Positions 1 to 7,683 of a stretch of 40,342 nt of DNA are shown one piece after another. How positions within the stretch are numbered: the stretch's first letter is position 1; every line of letters begins with the position of its first letter. This DNA comes from a virus (Duplodnaviria; Caudoviricetes): positions 1 to 40,342 of the IMG/VR virus record IMGVR_UViG_3300020470_000052; one strand, 5' to 3'. Made by a program: the position numbers and the translations under genes. The notes under the pieces were generated by a model. It saw only the letters and a program-made list of their open reading frames with translations. It searched no databases and was not told the DNA's origin.

Positions 1-458
1 CCTGTACGTGTAGCAACATGGTGACTCAAAGTACCATCGTCATTGTAGCTTGGGTTGTCGTACCAATATTCTCTTGGTGTACTATAAGTATGCGAATCTG
101 TGACGAATGGAGATATAGTTAACATCGGTCCTTGACATATAATATTCCCTCCATAATGGTTGGTAACACTGTTACCTGGAAGGTTCTGAATTCCCATATT
201 TGTAACGCTCCCAGAGGAATTCGCCACGGGCGCAGCAGTGGAAGAGGTCTGAGAATATGCAGGTAAAGTTATAAAGAGTGACGCAATTACTGGGAGAAGA
301 CAGACGTTGTTTCTGTCACTGATTCTATATTTGTTGTCCGATTTATAGTGGTCACGTTGGAAAGGCCAGGCCCACGATACGTTTCTACGAACTGAAAGGG
401 CTGACCTCCATTCGTAATTGTAACGTTTGGCCTTGAGTTTAGATCTAAGCCAGTCCAT
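1..458 (-). CDS. Partial secreted/outer-membrane-type cyanophage protein (runs off left edge; start uncertain)
   Basis: Hand translation: open frame ...VCLLPVIASLFITLPAYSQTSSTAAPVANSSGSVTNMGIQNLPGNSVTNHYGGNIICQGPMLTISPF...; signal-like segment ends AYS; nearest upstream in-frame ATG is at 458. Not in ORF track. Confidence 0.75.
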   Translation of the reverse strand, partial: MDWLRSKLKAKRYNYEWRSALSVRRNVSWAWPFQRDHYKSDNKYRISDRNNVCLLPVIASLFITLPAYSQTSSTAAPVANSSGSVTNMGIQNLPGNSVTNHYGGNIICQGPMLTISPFVTDSHTYSTPREYWYDNPSYNDDGTLSHHVATRT

Positions 459-715
459 GTGTGTGATGTTCCATTAATGGTTCCTGTTACATTGGTACTA
501 TCTGGAGAAATTGTTGATCCACCTACCGTCAAGTTTGAACCCCCAAGTGTATATTCATGGCCCGTATTGTAGTCGTGGCTGACAATCGATTCCGACACTA
601 CAGATGTAGTTCTCGTAGTGGAAGTCATACTTCCGCTAGTGAAATTAGGGACTACGGGAACACTATAAGCAGGGGAACTTATAAGTAATAACAGTGGCAA
701 AAGCCGCTTCATCAC
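287..715 (-). CDS. Secreted Thr/Ser-rich beta-type protein, cyanophage conserved hypothetical
   Basis: Signal peptide MKRLLPLLLLISSPAYS followed by VPVVPNFTSGSMTS; 4-nt overlap with upstream gene. Confidence 0.8.
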   Translation of the reverse strand: MMKRLLPLLLLISSPAYSVPVVPNFTSGSMTSTTRTTSVVSESIVSHDYNTGHEYTLGGSNLTVGGSTISPDSTNVTGTINGTSHTWTGLDLNSRPNVTITNGGQPFQFVETYRGPGLSNVTTINRTTNIESVTETTSVFSQ

Positions 716-1191
716 TTAATAGTTAAAGCACTCTCTACACTACCAATTGCTGAAGTGCCAGCCCCACCTGCGGTTAGTGTTATAACACCTTGGCTAGTAA
801 TCGTACCCGCTAATGTATCTTTTGCTCCAGCAGCGGTAGAAGTTACATTACTGAAATTACCTACCGCACCCACACTCGGTGCGGAAGTAGGTACAGCATC
901 CCCTTGAGTATAGGACTGGGAATACGAGAAGGCGGCTCCTGGGTTATCTTGCGTTGCAGCAATCGCTCCAGGCGAATAAATGCCACTCGTAATTGTCCCT
1001 GCCGAGACGGTGTTCGCAGTTGTTCCATCAGTTGTGTCAATGTTCGATCCTGCTGCTGAGAAGCTTGAGCCAATCCTCTGCGCTTGTGTTGCAGCGGCAT
1101 TAACTGTGAGCTGAGTTGAAGTCGTTATAGCGTGGTGTATATCTGCCTGAGCAGGTGCTGCTAGGAATAAAAGGAAAAGTAATTTCTTCAT
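712..1191 (-). CDS. Secreted Ala/Thr/Gly-rich protein, cyanophage conserved hypothetical
   Basis: Signal peptide MKKLLFLLFLAAPAQA-DI; ATGA coupling to neighbours. Confidence 0.8.
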   Translation of the reverse strand: MKKLLFLLFLAAPAQADIHHAITTSTQLTVNAAATQAQRIGSSFSAAGSNIDTTDGTTANTVSAGTITSGIYSPGAIAATQDNPGAAFSYSQSYTQGDAVPTSAPSVGAVGNFSNVTSTAAGAKDTLAGTITSQGVITLTAGGAGTSAIGSVESALTIK

Positions 1192-1658
1192 GCTTTTGTG
1201 TCTGGGGTAGGAGGTTTTGGAGGAGCTTGAACAACTTGCTGAATTTCTCCTCCATCTGGTGATTGAATTTTAATAGGAGTTTGAATACGGATGATCTGCT
1301 CGCCAGCACCAGCTTGATTAGCAGCCATCATCTTCTGCATATCTTCTTTTGTTATTCCATTGTTAGCTTTTTTGTCTTTTGTGTTAATTGAAAATCCAGC
1401 TAAGGCTCCTGTAAATACCGAAGCAATAAATGTAGGATCAAAATTCTGCTTCTGGAAACCAGGCAGATCCACATATGCAAGAGTCAATATAAACCCGCTC
1501 CAAACAACAATTCCCAAACGCACTGCTACACCTACGATTTGGATCTGTTCGTCCTTGTCAGGTGTAAGCTCTTGGAGTTTGTTCATTACACCCTTTTTCT
1601 TCTCTTCCTTCTTTTCTTCTATCTTGTTAGAAGGAGGGGCGGTCTGTTGGTCTGCCAT
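1188..1658 (-). CDS. Two-TM membrane protein, cyanophage conserved hypothetical
   Basis: Hydrophobic VGVAVRLGIVVWSGFILTLAYV and DPTFIASVFTGALAGF segments. Confidence 0.8.
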   Translation of the reverse strand: MADQQTAPPSNKIEEKKEEKKKGVMNKLQELTPDKDEQIQIVGVAVRLGIVVWSGFILTLAYVDLPGFQKQNFDPTFIASVFTGALAGFSINTKDKKANNGITKEDMQKMMAANQAGAGEQIIRIQTPIKIQSPDGGEIQQVVQAPPKPPTPDTKA

Positions 1659-1695
1659 AAATAAAAAGAAACACTGCCCAATATTAACCTCAAAC

Positions 1696-1701
1696 TATAA
1701 T
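1696..1701 (+). promoter_or_regulatory. Consensus -10 box (TATAAT) 6 nt before ATG 1708
   Basis: Perfect TATAAT in the 49-nt divergent intergenic gap; no clear -35. Confidence 0.5.
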
Positions 1702-1707
1702 AAATTC

Positions 1708-1869
1708 ATGGACGACATCTTGCCAGCACTAATAGGGGCAGCAGCTACTGCACTTGTGATGGTGATTTCTAACGTAAGTAATCGTAGAGAAAGAGATATA
1801 CGAGACATCTATTTCAGATTAAACAAGCTATCAGAAACGGTCAGCAGGATAGAAGGCAAGATCCAATAA
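1708..1869 (+). CDS. Small single-TM plus coiled-coil protein (holin-like candidate), 53 aa
   Basis: MDDILPALIGAAATALVMVISNVSNRRERDIRDIYFRLNKLSETVSRIEGKIQ, the 3' part of track ORF 1360..1869. Confidence 0.7.
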   Translation: MDDILPALIGAAATALVMVISNVSNRRERDIRDIYFRLNKLSETVSRIEGKIQ

Positions 1870-1900
1870 CGTGTGCTATGTTTTAAAAAAGGCATAAATC

Positions 1901-2074
1901 ATGTACAAGATACTTAAGCCGATACTCTTACGATTCCTTTCAACAACAGGATGCAAGAGGTTAATTATAGATTTACTTCGTGTGATTTGTAAGCAGACTT
2001 CAAACACATTGGATGATCGAGCGGTTGATGTACTAGAAGAAAAATTATTTCCAAGTCCATTACACCTTCAATAG
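1901..2074 (+). CDS. Small amphipathic cyanophage protein, 57 aa (lysis-associated candidate)
   Basis: Hand translation MYKILKPILLRFLSTTGCKRLIIDLLRVICKQTSNTLDDRAVDVLEEKLFPSPLHLQ; the KPIL..FL / NTLDD.AV pattern is one I recall from cyanophages. Confidence 0.75.
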   Translation: MYKILKPILLRFLSTTGCKRLIIDLLRVICKQTSNTLDDRAVDVLEEKLFPSPLHLQ

Positions 2075-2076
2075 GT

Positions 2077-2352
2077 ATGGAAAAACAAAAATTTCTCAAC
2101 ATCGAGATAGAAGAACCACCAATAGAGTTACAACTATCTGTTGAAATGCGTGTTAGAGAAGTTTTAAAAAGTGATAACCACGATGATGTAAAAAGATATT
2201 GCACCCATTTAATCAGACATCAGATGAAGCAGGACGTATTCCTAGCAGGGGTACTAGAAAGAATAGTGGAACTAGAAACACTGCTGGCTAGAAAGGATCT
2301 AGACGAAGAAAAAAAAACTATTGACAGAATAAAAAAGTTCTTTCATATTTAG
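2077..2352 (+). CDS. Hypothetical helical protein, NblA-like candidate
   Basis: PIELQLSVEMRVREV...DDVKRYCTHLIRHQMKQDVFLAGVL resembles the NblA helix-loop-helix pattern as recalled; unverified. Confidence 0.55.
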   Translation: MEKQKFLNIEIEEPPIELQLSVEMRVREVLKSDNHDDVKRYCTHLIRHQMKQDVFLAGVLERIVELETLLARKDLDEEKKTIDRIKKFFHI

Positions 2353-2363
2353 AAAAAACTATC

Positions 2364-2423
2364 ATGGCACCAAAAGGAAAAGGAACCTACGGGACACAAA
2401 AAGGAAGACCTCCAAAGAAGTAG
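2364..2423 (+). CDS. 19-aa basic micropeptide with GRP (AT-hook-like) motif
   Basis: MAPKGKGTYGTQKGRPPKK*, directly after the 2077..2352 gene. Confidence 0.65.
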   Translation: MAPKGKGTYGTQKGRPPKK

Positions 2424-2439
2424 AGGCTAGAATCAAAGA

Positions 2440-2501
2440 GGTGCTCCAGGGTAATGTGAAACACCCATAGGTCTGTTCACTCTGGGGCACCACCCTTTTT
2501 T
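2440..2501 (+). terminator. 13-bp stem with 26-nt loop and T-tract at a convergent gene junction (terminator or small RNA)
   Basis: GGTGCTCCAGGGT (2440-2452) pairs with ACTCTGGGGCACC (2479-2491) using two G-U pairs, followed by ACCCTTTTTT. Confidence 0.5.
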
Positions 2502-2776
2502 AGTTTTAAATATTCCTGATACTGATCTGATGTGATTTCATAGGTAGTTACTCGGTAATGGCAAAGGGAGCAATCCCTCCTCCTTCTTTTGGTTTGAGAA
2601 TCTTTATGAAAACGAGTCTCTACAATTCCGTAAGCATGTTCATGACATACAGGACATTCTGATTTGCCGTGATTTCTGGACGGGTGAGTTTTTCTTGGGT
2701 ACATGTAGCTTTCTCTGAATTGAGTAGCTAGCTTCTGTTGTTCTGTCTCACTTGGTCCTTGTTTGCTTCTGTTCAT
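2477..2776 (-). CDS. NrdR-like N-terminal zinc-ribbon protein (no ATP cone)
   Basis: CPVC...VETR...KRRRRDCSLCHYRVTTYE matches the NrdR zinc-ribbon pattern CPxC...RRRxCxxCxxRFTTYE. Confidence 0.8.
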   Translation of the reverse strand: MNRSKQGPSETEQQKLATQFRESYMYPRKTHPSRNHGKSECPVCHEHAYGIVETRFHKDSQTKRRRRDCSLCHYRVTTYEITSDQYQEYLKLKKGGAPE

Positions 2777-2858
2777 TGGCTTTCTCCCAGTGTTTAATGA
2801 GGAGTTCTAGTTCCTTGATTCTTTTGGTTGCATAGTCAATGCGTTCAATAGCGTTCAT
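2748..2858 (-). CDS. Small hypothetical protein, 36 aa
   Basis: MNAIERIDYATKRIKELELLIKHWEKANEQKQTRTK*, preceded by GGAGG; fills the operon gap. Confidence 0.65.
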   Translation of the reverse strand: MNAIERIDYATKRIKELELLIKHWEKANEQKQTRTK

Positions 2859-3048
2859 CTCTCCTCCAAGGTTTCGACTCGTGACTATCAATCACAAGGC
2901 ACTTCCACTCTGGATGCTCCCTTTTCACTATCTCAACTGCTCTAGAGGCTGAAGATGCACGTTGAAAGACAAGGCTAGATTCTTTGTCTTGATCAGGATC
3001 AATAACCTTGATAGTGAAGACTTTGGTTTGGTTAGCTGAGATTGTCAT
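2845..3048 (-). CDS. Hypothetical protein
   Basis: Tightly packed in the minus-strand operon. Confidence 0.65.
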   Translation of the reverse strand: MTISANQTKVFTIKVIDPDQDKESSLVFQRASSASRAVEIVKREHPEWKCLVIDSHESKPWRRDERY

Positions 3049-3324
3049 TTAAAACGCCATCTCGTTGTCGAAGGTTGAAGGTGCTTTTTGCGTTGGTTTG
3101 TAATCATCTACATCAAACATCGTCACCATGACGGCTGATGGATTTTCTTTGCCGCTGAAGTCAGGCAGACCTGCAAGGTTTACCCATCGATCGATCAACA
3201 TAAATTGCTTACCTTGGTCATTCTCCATAACGACCCCGATGTTTTGCCAATTTGCTTTTTTATTACCTTGACCGTCAACGTACTCTCGTGTTTTGACCGA
3301 GAGGTTTTTCACTTTTCTTGCCAT
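3049..3324 (-). CDS. Putative single-stranded DNA-binding protein
   Basis: EYVDGQGNKKANWQNIGVV beta-rich core and acidic/aromatic tail FDNEMAF; start moved to ATG 3324 (MARKVKN) after AGGAG. Confidence 0.6.
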   Translation of the reverse strand: MARKVKNLSVKTREYVDGQGNKKANWQNIGVVMENDQGKQFMLIDRWVNLAGLPDFSGKENPSAVMVTMFDVDDYKPTQKAPSTFDNEMAF

Positions 3325-3688
3325 AAGGAATCTCCTGTAGGATGCGTATGCGGACAAAGCCACCTAGGTAGTCAGTGTCCATTGTTGAAATAACAGTATT
3401 GAACCGTTTGTCGTTTATCTTAAGCGCATCTGCCAACCCATCTATACCTGCCTTCATTCTTGCTACTAAATTGTCACGGTCATAGCTTCTTCTATCTGGT
3501 GGAATAAATGTCATCTCAAGGACTAACTTCTCAGGGATATTGTTTGTATTGAATTTTTTTAATTGTTCTTTTGAAACACTAAAACAAGCTTTTCTATATT
3601 TCTTTTTTGCCAGTGCTAATTTAGTCCAATGCATTCTTCTATTAGGATTAAGTTCAGTGGGAGGCCAACCTAAAACTAATTCAATCAT
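3275..3688 (-). CDS. rusA: RusA-like Holliday junction resolvase
   Basis: PPDRRSYDRDNLVARMKAGIDGLADALKINDKRF fits the RusA D-x-D-N...K...D...DD-type motif. Confidence 0.85.
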   Translation of the reverse strand: MIELVLGWPPTELNPNRRMHWTKLALAKKKYRKACFSVSKEQLKKFNTNNIPEKLVLEMTFIPPDRRSYDRDNLVARMKAGIDGLADALKINDKRFNTVISTMDTDYLGGFVRIRILQEIPYGKKSEKPLGQNTRVR

Positions 3689-3839
3689 CTTCTTGCTCCA
3701 ACTTATTTAGACGTTCTTTTATTGCATCGAACCTCATTATGTATTCGTGTTCTGGCATATGTTCAAACCAATAGTATCTGTCTAGCTCTGCAAGTTGTTG
3801 TTTGCAATTAACGATCCGAATAATTTTTTCTTTATTCAT
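3681..3839 (-). CDS. Small hypothetical protein, 52 aa
   Basis: MNKEKIIRIVNCKQQLAELDRYYWFEHMPEHEYIMRFDAIKERLNKLEQEDD*, AGGAGG upstream, overlaps both neighbours. Confidence 0.7.
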   Translation of the reverse strand: MNKEKIIRIVNCKQQLAELDRYYWFEHMPEHEYIMRFDAIKERLNKLEQEDD

Positions 3840-3990
3840 TTCCATCCTCCTTTTCTGTGTCTTTCATTTCTTCGTCAATAGATTTTAAATATTTATTCCA
3901 AGGCTCATTTTTAAAACCCATCTTTTCCCGATAGGCTTTATAACGAGCGATCTTCATGATGCGGATAATTTCGTTAGCGGTAAGTGTCAT
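3832..3990 (-). CDS. Small hypothetical protein, 52 aa
   Basis: MTLTANEIIRIMKIARYKAYREKMGFKNEPWNKYLKSIDEEMKDTEKEDGNE*, TAATG-coupled to dnaC-like stop, AGGAGG upstream. Confidence 0.7.
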   Translation of the reverse strand: MTLTANEIIRIMKIARYKAYREKMGFKNEPWNKYLKSIDEEMKDTEKEDGNE

Positions 3991-4772
3991 TAATTCCTCC
4001 TGTAACTATCCCAATCAAAACCTATCATCTTGCCTCCGTTCTCACGCAACCTATCGGTCACACGTTCACCAAGGTAGTCTGCTAGTTGATCTCCTGGGAT
4101 ATTGGATAATAAGATTGATGGCTTCAATTTCTCATAGCGTTCATTCAGTACATCAAATAGAATTTGTTTTTCAAAATCCGACCCAAACTGCACACCCACT
4201 TCATCCAGTATTAGCAAATCTGGTGATGCAAATACATTAACTATTTCGCTTTCTGTTTCGTTCTGATTAGACCAACTGTCCTTCACTCTTCTGATCAGAC
4301 GTTGCACGGTAACAAATACTGGGGACCGTTTCTGTTTAATAATTTCTAACGCAATGCCTATTGCCAAGTGAGTCTTCCCTGTTCCGGGCTTGCCAACAAA
4401 GATTGCACAACGTCCTTCCTTCATAACTTGGTCGAAGTTCTCTGCATACTCCTTTGAAAAATCTAATGCTTTCTTTTGACCAGATGTTTTTGCTATGTAA
4501 GTCTCTAGCGTTCTATCTCTAAACCGTTCTGGGATAGCAGCTCCATTTATCTTTGCTTTCCATCTGAGTTGCTCACGTTCTAATTCGGCTTCCTTCGCTT
4601 GCTGAAGACTCTCTTCTTCCTGCTTTGCTTTAAGTATTTCTAAGCACTTGGGGCATTCTGTCCAATGCTCTCCAAGAAAGTTTGTTGCGGTATACGCACC
4701 ATGGTCAGAACATTCTCGTTCTTCTGTTGGCCGTTTCCCATCATTGAAAATACTATGTTTATTTAAAGTCAT
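3990..4772 (-). CDS. dnaC: DnaC/IstB-like AAA+ helicase loader
   Basis: Walker A GKPGTGKTHLA, Walker B LLILDEVG, ERYEKLKPSILLSN, GERVTDRL; N-terminal CxxH...CxxC. Confidence 0.92.
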   Translation of the reverse strand: MTLNKHSIFNDGKRPTEERECSDHGAYTATNFLGEHWTECPKCLEILKAKQEEESLQQAKEAELEREQLRWKAKINGAAIPERFRDRTLETYIAKTSGQKKALDFSKEYAENFDQVMKEGRCAIFVGKPGTGKTHLAIGIALEIIKQKRSPVFVTVQRLIRRVKDSWSNQNETESEIVNVFASPDLLILDEVGVQFGSDFEKQILFDVLNERYEKLKPSILLSNIPGDQLADYLGERVTDRLRENGGKMIGFDWDSYRRN

Positions 4773-5422
4773 ATTTCTTGTACCCCCTCTCCGTAATTAG
4801 TGGCAGCAAAAGATTTTTTTTCTTTCGCTACCCAATCGGATTTAAAGCCACGCCATCCTCGAACCTGACACATGGTCAAAGCTTCTTCCAGGGTGACGGA
4901 GGCTTTCTTTGCTTCAGAAGTAATTCCTTTCAAAGCAGTTTCTGTTAAGGGTGCTTTCACGTTCCTCCTGTGTTTTAAGAAATCATCCCAAGTTTTTTTA
5001 GAAACAGTACGAGGACGCTTTAGCGTCTTATTAATTGTTTCTTGTTTCTTGTTTAATGTTTCTTGTTTCTTGTTTAGTTGAACGGTTGTTGAACTAGCGT
5101 TTGATCTAGCTAGAGCAGAGGCTCTCCCCGCTCTAGATGCGGATAGTACTTTGGATTTATACTTCCCTATCTCTTCGTCAGCTCTCGGATTGATCCATCC
5201 TTTACCAACTTCAAGAGTGAAGAATTCCTCCAAGACAATTTGTACTTCTGGTTCATTGCCCTTCATATTAATTTTACGTGCAACGAGTGTTACATCTTCG
5301 CTCAACGGACGTTCATGAAGATAGTAGAGGTCTAGTAACCTACGGTATGCCAGATCCTCCATATCAGATAAGTGTTTTGTGTGGCTGATGTAATCGCCAA
5401 TGTTGAAGGAATAAAAATGCAT
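4769..5422 (-). CDS. Phage replication initiator, DUF1376/YdaU family
   Basis: MHFYSFNIGDYISHTKHLSDMEDLAYRRLLDLYYLHERPL N-terminus; directly upstream of the DnaC-like gene. Confidence 0.85.
   Translation of the reverse strand: MHFYSFNIGDYISHTKHLSDMEDLAYRRLLDLYYLHERPLSEDVTLVARKINMKGNEPEVQIVLEEFFTLEVGKGWINPRADEEIGKYKSKVLSASRAGRASALARSNASSTTVQLNKKQETLNKKQETINKTLKRPRTVSKKTWDDFLKHRRNVKAPLTETALKGITSEAKKASVTLEEALTMCQVRGWRGFKSDWVAKEKKSFAATNYGEGVQEI
5036..5094. repeat. Direct repeats inside the initiator gene (candidate origin)
   Basis: TGTTTCTTGTTTCTTGTTTA at 5036-5055 and 5057-5076; GTTGAAC at 5077-5083 and 5088-5094. Confidence 0.6.
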
Positions 5423-6237
5423 TACTCCTCTTTGTCATGTGCCAACTGATCCCGCACATTTTTGCCTGCTTTCTCTGCATCTTCTTGATCTAGACCAATT
5501 GCTTCTCTTAATCTTGAACCTGGTTTTGTTTGCTCAGTTGGGGTGATGTTCACAGGTTGGTTCTTTTCAAATCCAGAAGCTTCCAAGTCTGCCTGCATTA
5601 CTGCATCAACATCAGCACTTGATGGTAAGCGTTTTGAAATTCTTCTGATAACTGTTTTCTTTGCCATCTCATCCCACCAATCTTTCCATGGGCCGAAGTT
5701 ACCTGCTCTTGAAGACCTGCGGACTTTCTCTACATCATCTAAGGACATAACTTCCCGATAGATAGCACCGTCTTTTGTTTTTGCTATGCAGTAAACAGCA
5801 ACAGGTGTTCCTCTATCACCACCAAGAAGTGGTTTATGAATAATCTGTTCATCGTCACCTAGCTGGTAATCAAACATGTCATTGCTATAGGCAACTTGTG
5901 CAGAAATACTTGCCAGCTCGCCAGAGTTACGGATCTTTTTGAGGATGCCACCAACCATTGGCATGTAAGCAACCGTCTTTCCTGCTTTGCCACCAAAAAT
6001 AACCGGAGCCGCTTCGCGGCCATCTAGCATTAATCCATCTTGGGCTGCTTTCATGCATGTCCCAAGCAAAGTCTTTCTATCTGCTTGCAATAGATCAGGA
6101 TTCATTTGAACTGCTGTTAGCGTTGTTCTAATAAATTTGTCTACGCTTATCTGTGGTGGTAACGCTGCTTCAAATTCTGTTGACATTGAAGTGAGAGTAC
6201 CTCTCATTGATTCCATAGGAGTGATTGAAGAAGTCAT
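5422..6237 (-). CDS. recT: RecT-family ssDNA annealing protein
   Basis: KAAQDGLMLDGRE, DEMAKKTVIRRISKRLPSS; start moved to ATG 6237 (MTSSITP) just after the exonuclease stop. Confidence 0.93.
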   Translation of the reverse strand: MTSSITPMESMRGTLTSMSTEFEAALPPQISVDKFIRTTLTAVQMNPDLLQADRKTLLGTCMKAAQDGLMLDGREAAPVIFGGKAGKTVAYMPMVGGILKKIRNSGELASISAQVAYSNDMFDYQLGDDEQIIHKPLLGGDRGTPVAVYCIAKTKDGAIYREVMSLDDVEKVRRSSRAGNFGPWKDWWDEMAKKTVIRRISKRLPSSADVDAVMQADLEASGFEKNQPVNITPTEQTKPGSRLREAIGLDQEDAEKAGKNVRDQLAHDKEE

Positions 6238-6241
6238 TTTT

Positions 6242-7213
6242 TTAATTAGATGAAGGTGTACTTGTGAAGCGGAACATTCTGTAGCCCTTTCTCGGACTCT
6301 GGTATGTACCAACCATGTCTTTGGTAATAAGTTTGCCTTTACTCTCTTTACTCATGCCACAGGAGATTGTGCCGTACTTAGAGATGATCTTTGATGCTTT
6401 CTGACTACGTTCCAAAATCTGTGCCTTGATACTTTCTTTTGTCTTGCCAAGTGAATGTGCCTCTCTGCTGATCTGGTTGTACTCATCTATCAACTTATCT
6501 AGATCTTCATCAGCCTCAAGAATTACTCCTGTATCTGCTTGGTTATGCAAAGTTTTGATCATGTACTCTGCATCTTTTAGGTAATCAATACTCGGTGGTG
6601 TACCTGCTTTAACTTTCTCCCAAAACGCTTTAACTTTTTTTGTTAGGTCTTCGCCAATATCATGGTCCCTTTTTCTAAAAATAATTTTTTGCGTATTGCC
6701 ACCGACTAATGCAACTATGCAACCCCACTTCAGTTGGCTAACTTCTAACTGGTGTTGCAGTTGAATTTCAATATGGTTTGGGGCTTCAATGTTGCCATTT
6801 CCATCGTCTTTCCAGTGCCTCTTATATGCAGCTCCATCGACATTTTTTATTTCAAGCAGACCTACTCCTTCTTCAGGCTGATCAAATTTGTTCGACTTAT
6901 TTATTTTGAAGTCAAAAGAGCTGCCCATCCTGGTTTCAGAATTAGAAAGATAATCATCAAACTTTGATATCTCCCAGCCCATAGTGTCTGCTGCACCACG
7001 TGCTATGGCTGATTCCAAGGTTCTCCCCCACCGCATCCGCTCGTTGTCGTCAATACGAACAACATGTTTATCTTTTTTTTGGTGATAAAGCTCAAACTCT
7101 GTTTGATATGGGGACAGGTCATACAGTGCTGAAACTTCAGTTGAAGTAACGTCAAGCAATCTGTTTTCCAACCAACTTTGTGTGTCAGTTATTGGAATTG
7201 AAACTGTGGTCAT
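6242..7213 (-). CDS. YqaJ-like (lambda exonuclease family) recombinase exonuclease
   Basis: WLENRLLDVTSTE, WGRTLE, SSFDF...LLEIKN, QLQHQL; adjacent to RecT. Confidence 0.9.
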   Translation of the reverse strand: MTTVSIPITDTQSWLENRLLDVTSTEVSALYDLSPYQTEFELYHQKKDKHVVRIDDNERMRWGRTLESAIARGAADTMGWEISKFDDYLSNSETRMGSSFDFKINKSNKFDQPEEGVGLLEIKNVDGAAYKRHWKDDGNGNIEAPNHIEIQLQHQLEVSQLKWGCIVALVGGNTQKIIFRKRDHDIGEDLTKKVKAFWEKVKAGTPPSIDYLKDAEYMIKTLHNQADTGVILEADEDLDKLIDEYNQISREAHSLGKTKESIKAQILERSQKASKIISKYGTISCGMSKESKGKLITKDMVGTYQSPRKGYRMFRFTSTPSSN

Positions 7214-7216
7214 TGT

Positions 7217-7453
7217 TTAGTTCTCCTTTTGAAATTTGATAAATTCTGAATTGGGAACCACATTGGATTCCCATCTAGCGACGGTTTCATAAGACCCGTT
7301 AGGCCGTACTGATTCCCATTTTCCAGAGAACTTTCGCTTCCTGATGTTGTCTCTATTGAAAACCGTGCTGTCTATATCAGCTCTTACGTCGTTAAGAGTG
7401 TGATAAAGCGAGTACTCGTCATATGTGTAGACGGTGATTGTATGTTTTCTCAT
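7217..7453 (-). CDS. Hypothetical early protein
   Basis: TAATG-coupled ORF in the early operon. Confidence 0.7.
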   Translation of the reverse strand: MRKHTITVYTYDEYSLYHTLNDVRADIDSTVFNRDNIRKRKFSGKWESVRPNGSYETVARWESNVVPNSEFIKFQKEN

Positions 7454-7683
7454 TAATATTTTTCCCCTTCAATATGCTGTGTGCATGAATAGCGGAGGCC
7501 ATCATCCTTAGCAGCTTTGATTAGTTCATTCTTTTCTTCTTCTGAATCAGCCCATTCTTCCCAGTCAGGAGTGATGATAAACCAGCTAACCTTTGGGTTT
7601 TGTTGCCTTTGGTATTCCTCTAGATAGAGTCGGTCCTGTTCTTCCTCGTATTGTCTGAGGGATGTCTCGTAGTAGTCAGACAT
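7453..7683 (-). CDS. Hypothetical acidic early protein
   Basis: TAATG-coupled ORF rich in E/D/Y/W. Confidence 0.7.
   Translation of the reverse strand: MSDYYETSLRQYEEEQDRLYLEEYQRQQNPKVSWFIITPDWEEWADSEEEKNELIKAAKDDGLRYSCTQHIEGEKY

Noticed and set aside
1360-1707. 5' extension of track ORF 1360..1869
   Set aside because: Antisense to the 1188..1658 gene; ATG 1708 after TATAAT is the more plausible start.
4052-4063. Minus-strand GTGTGACCGATA resembling the late motif
   Set aside because: Encodes the conserved RVTDR of the DnaC-like protein, and the hexamer 16 nt downstream is AGGCAA, not -10-like.
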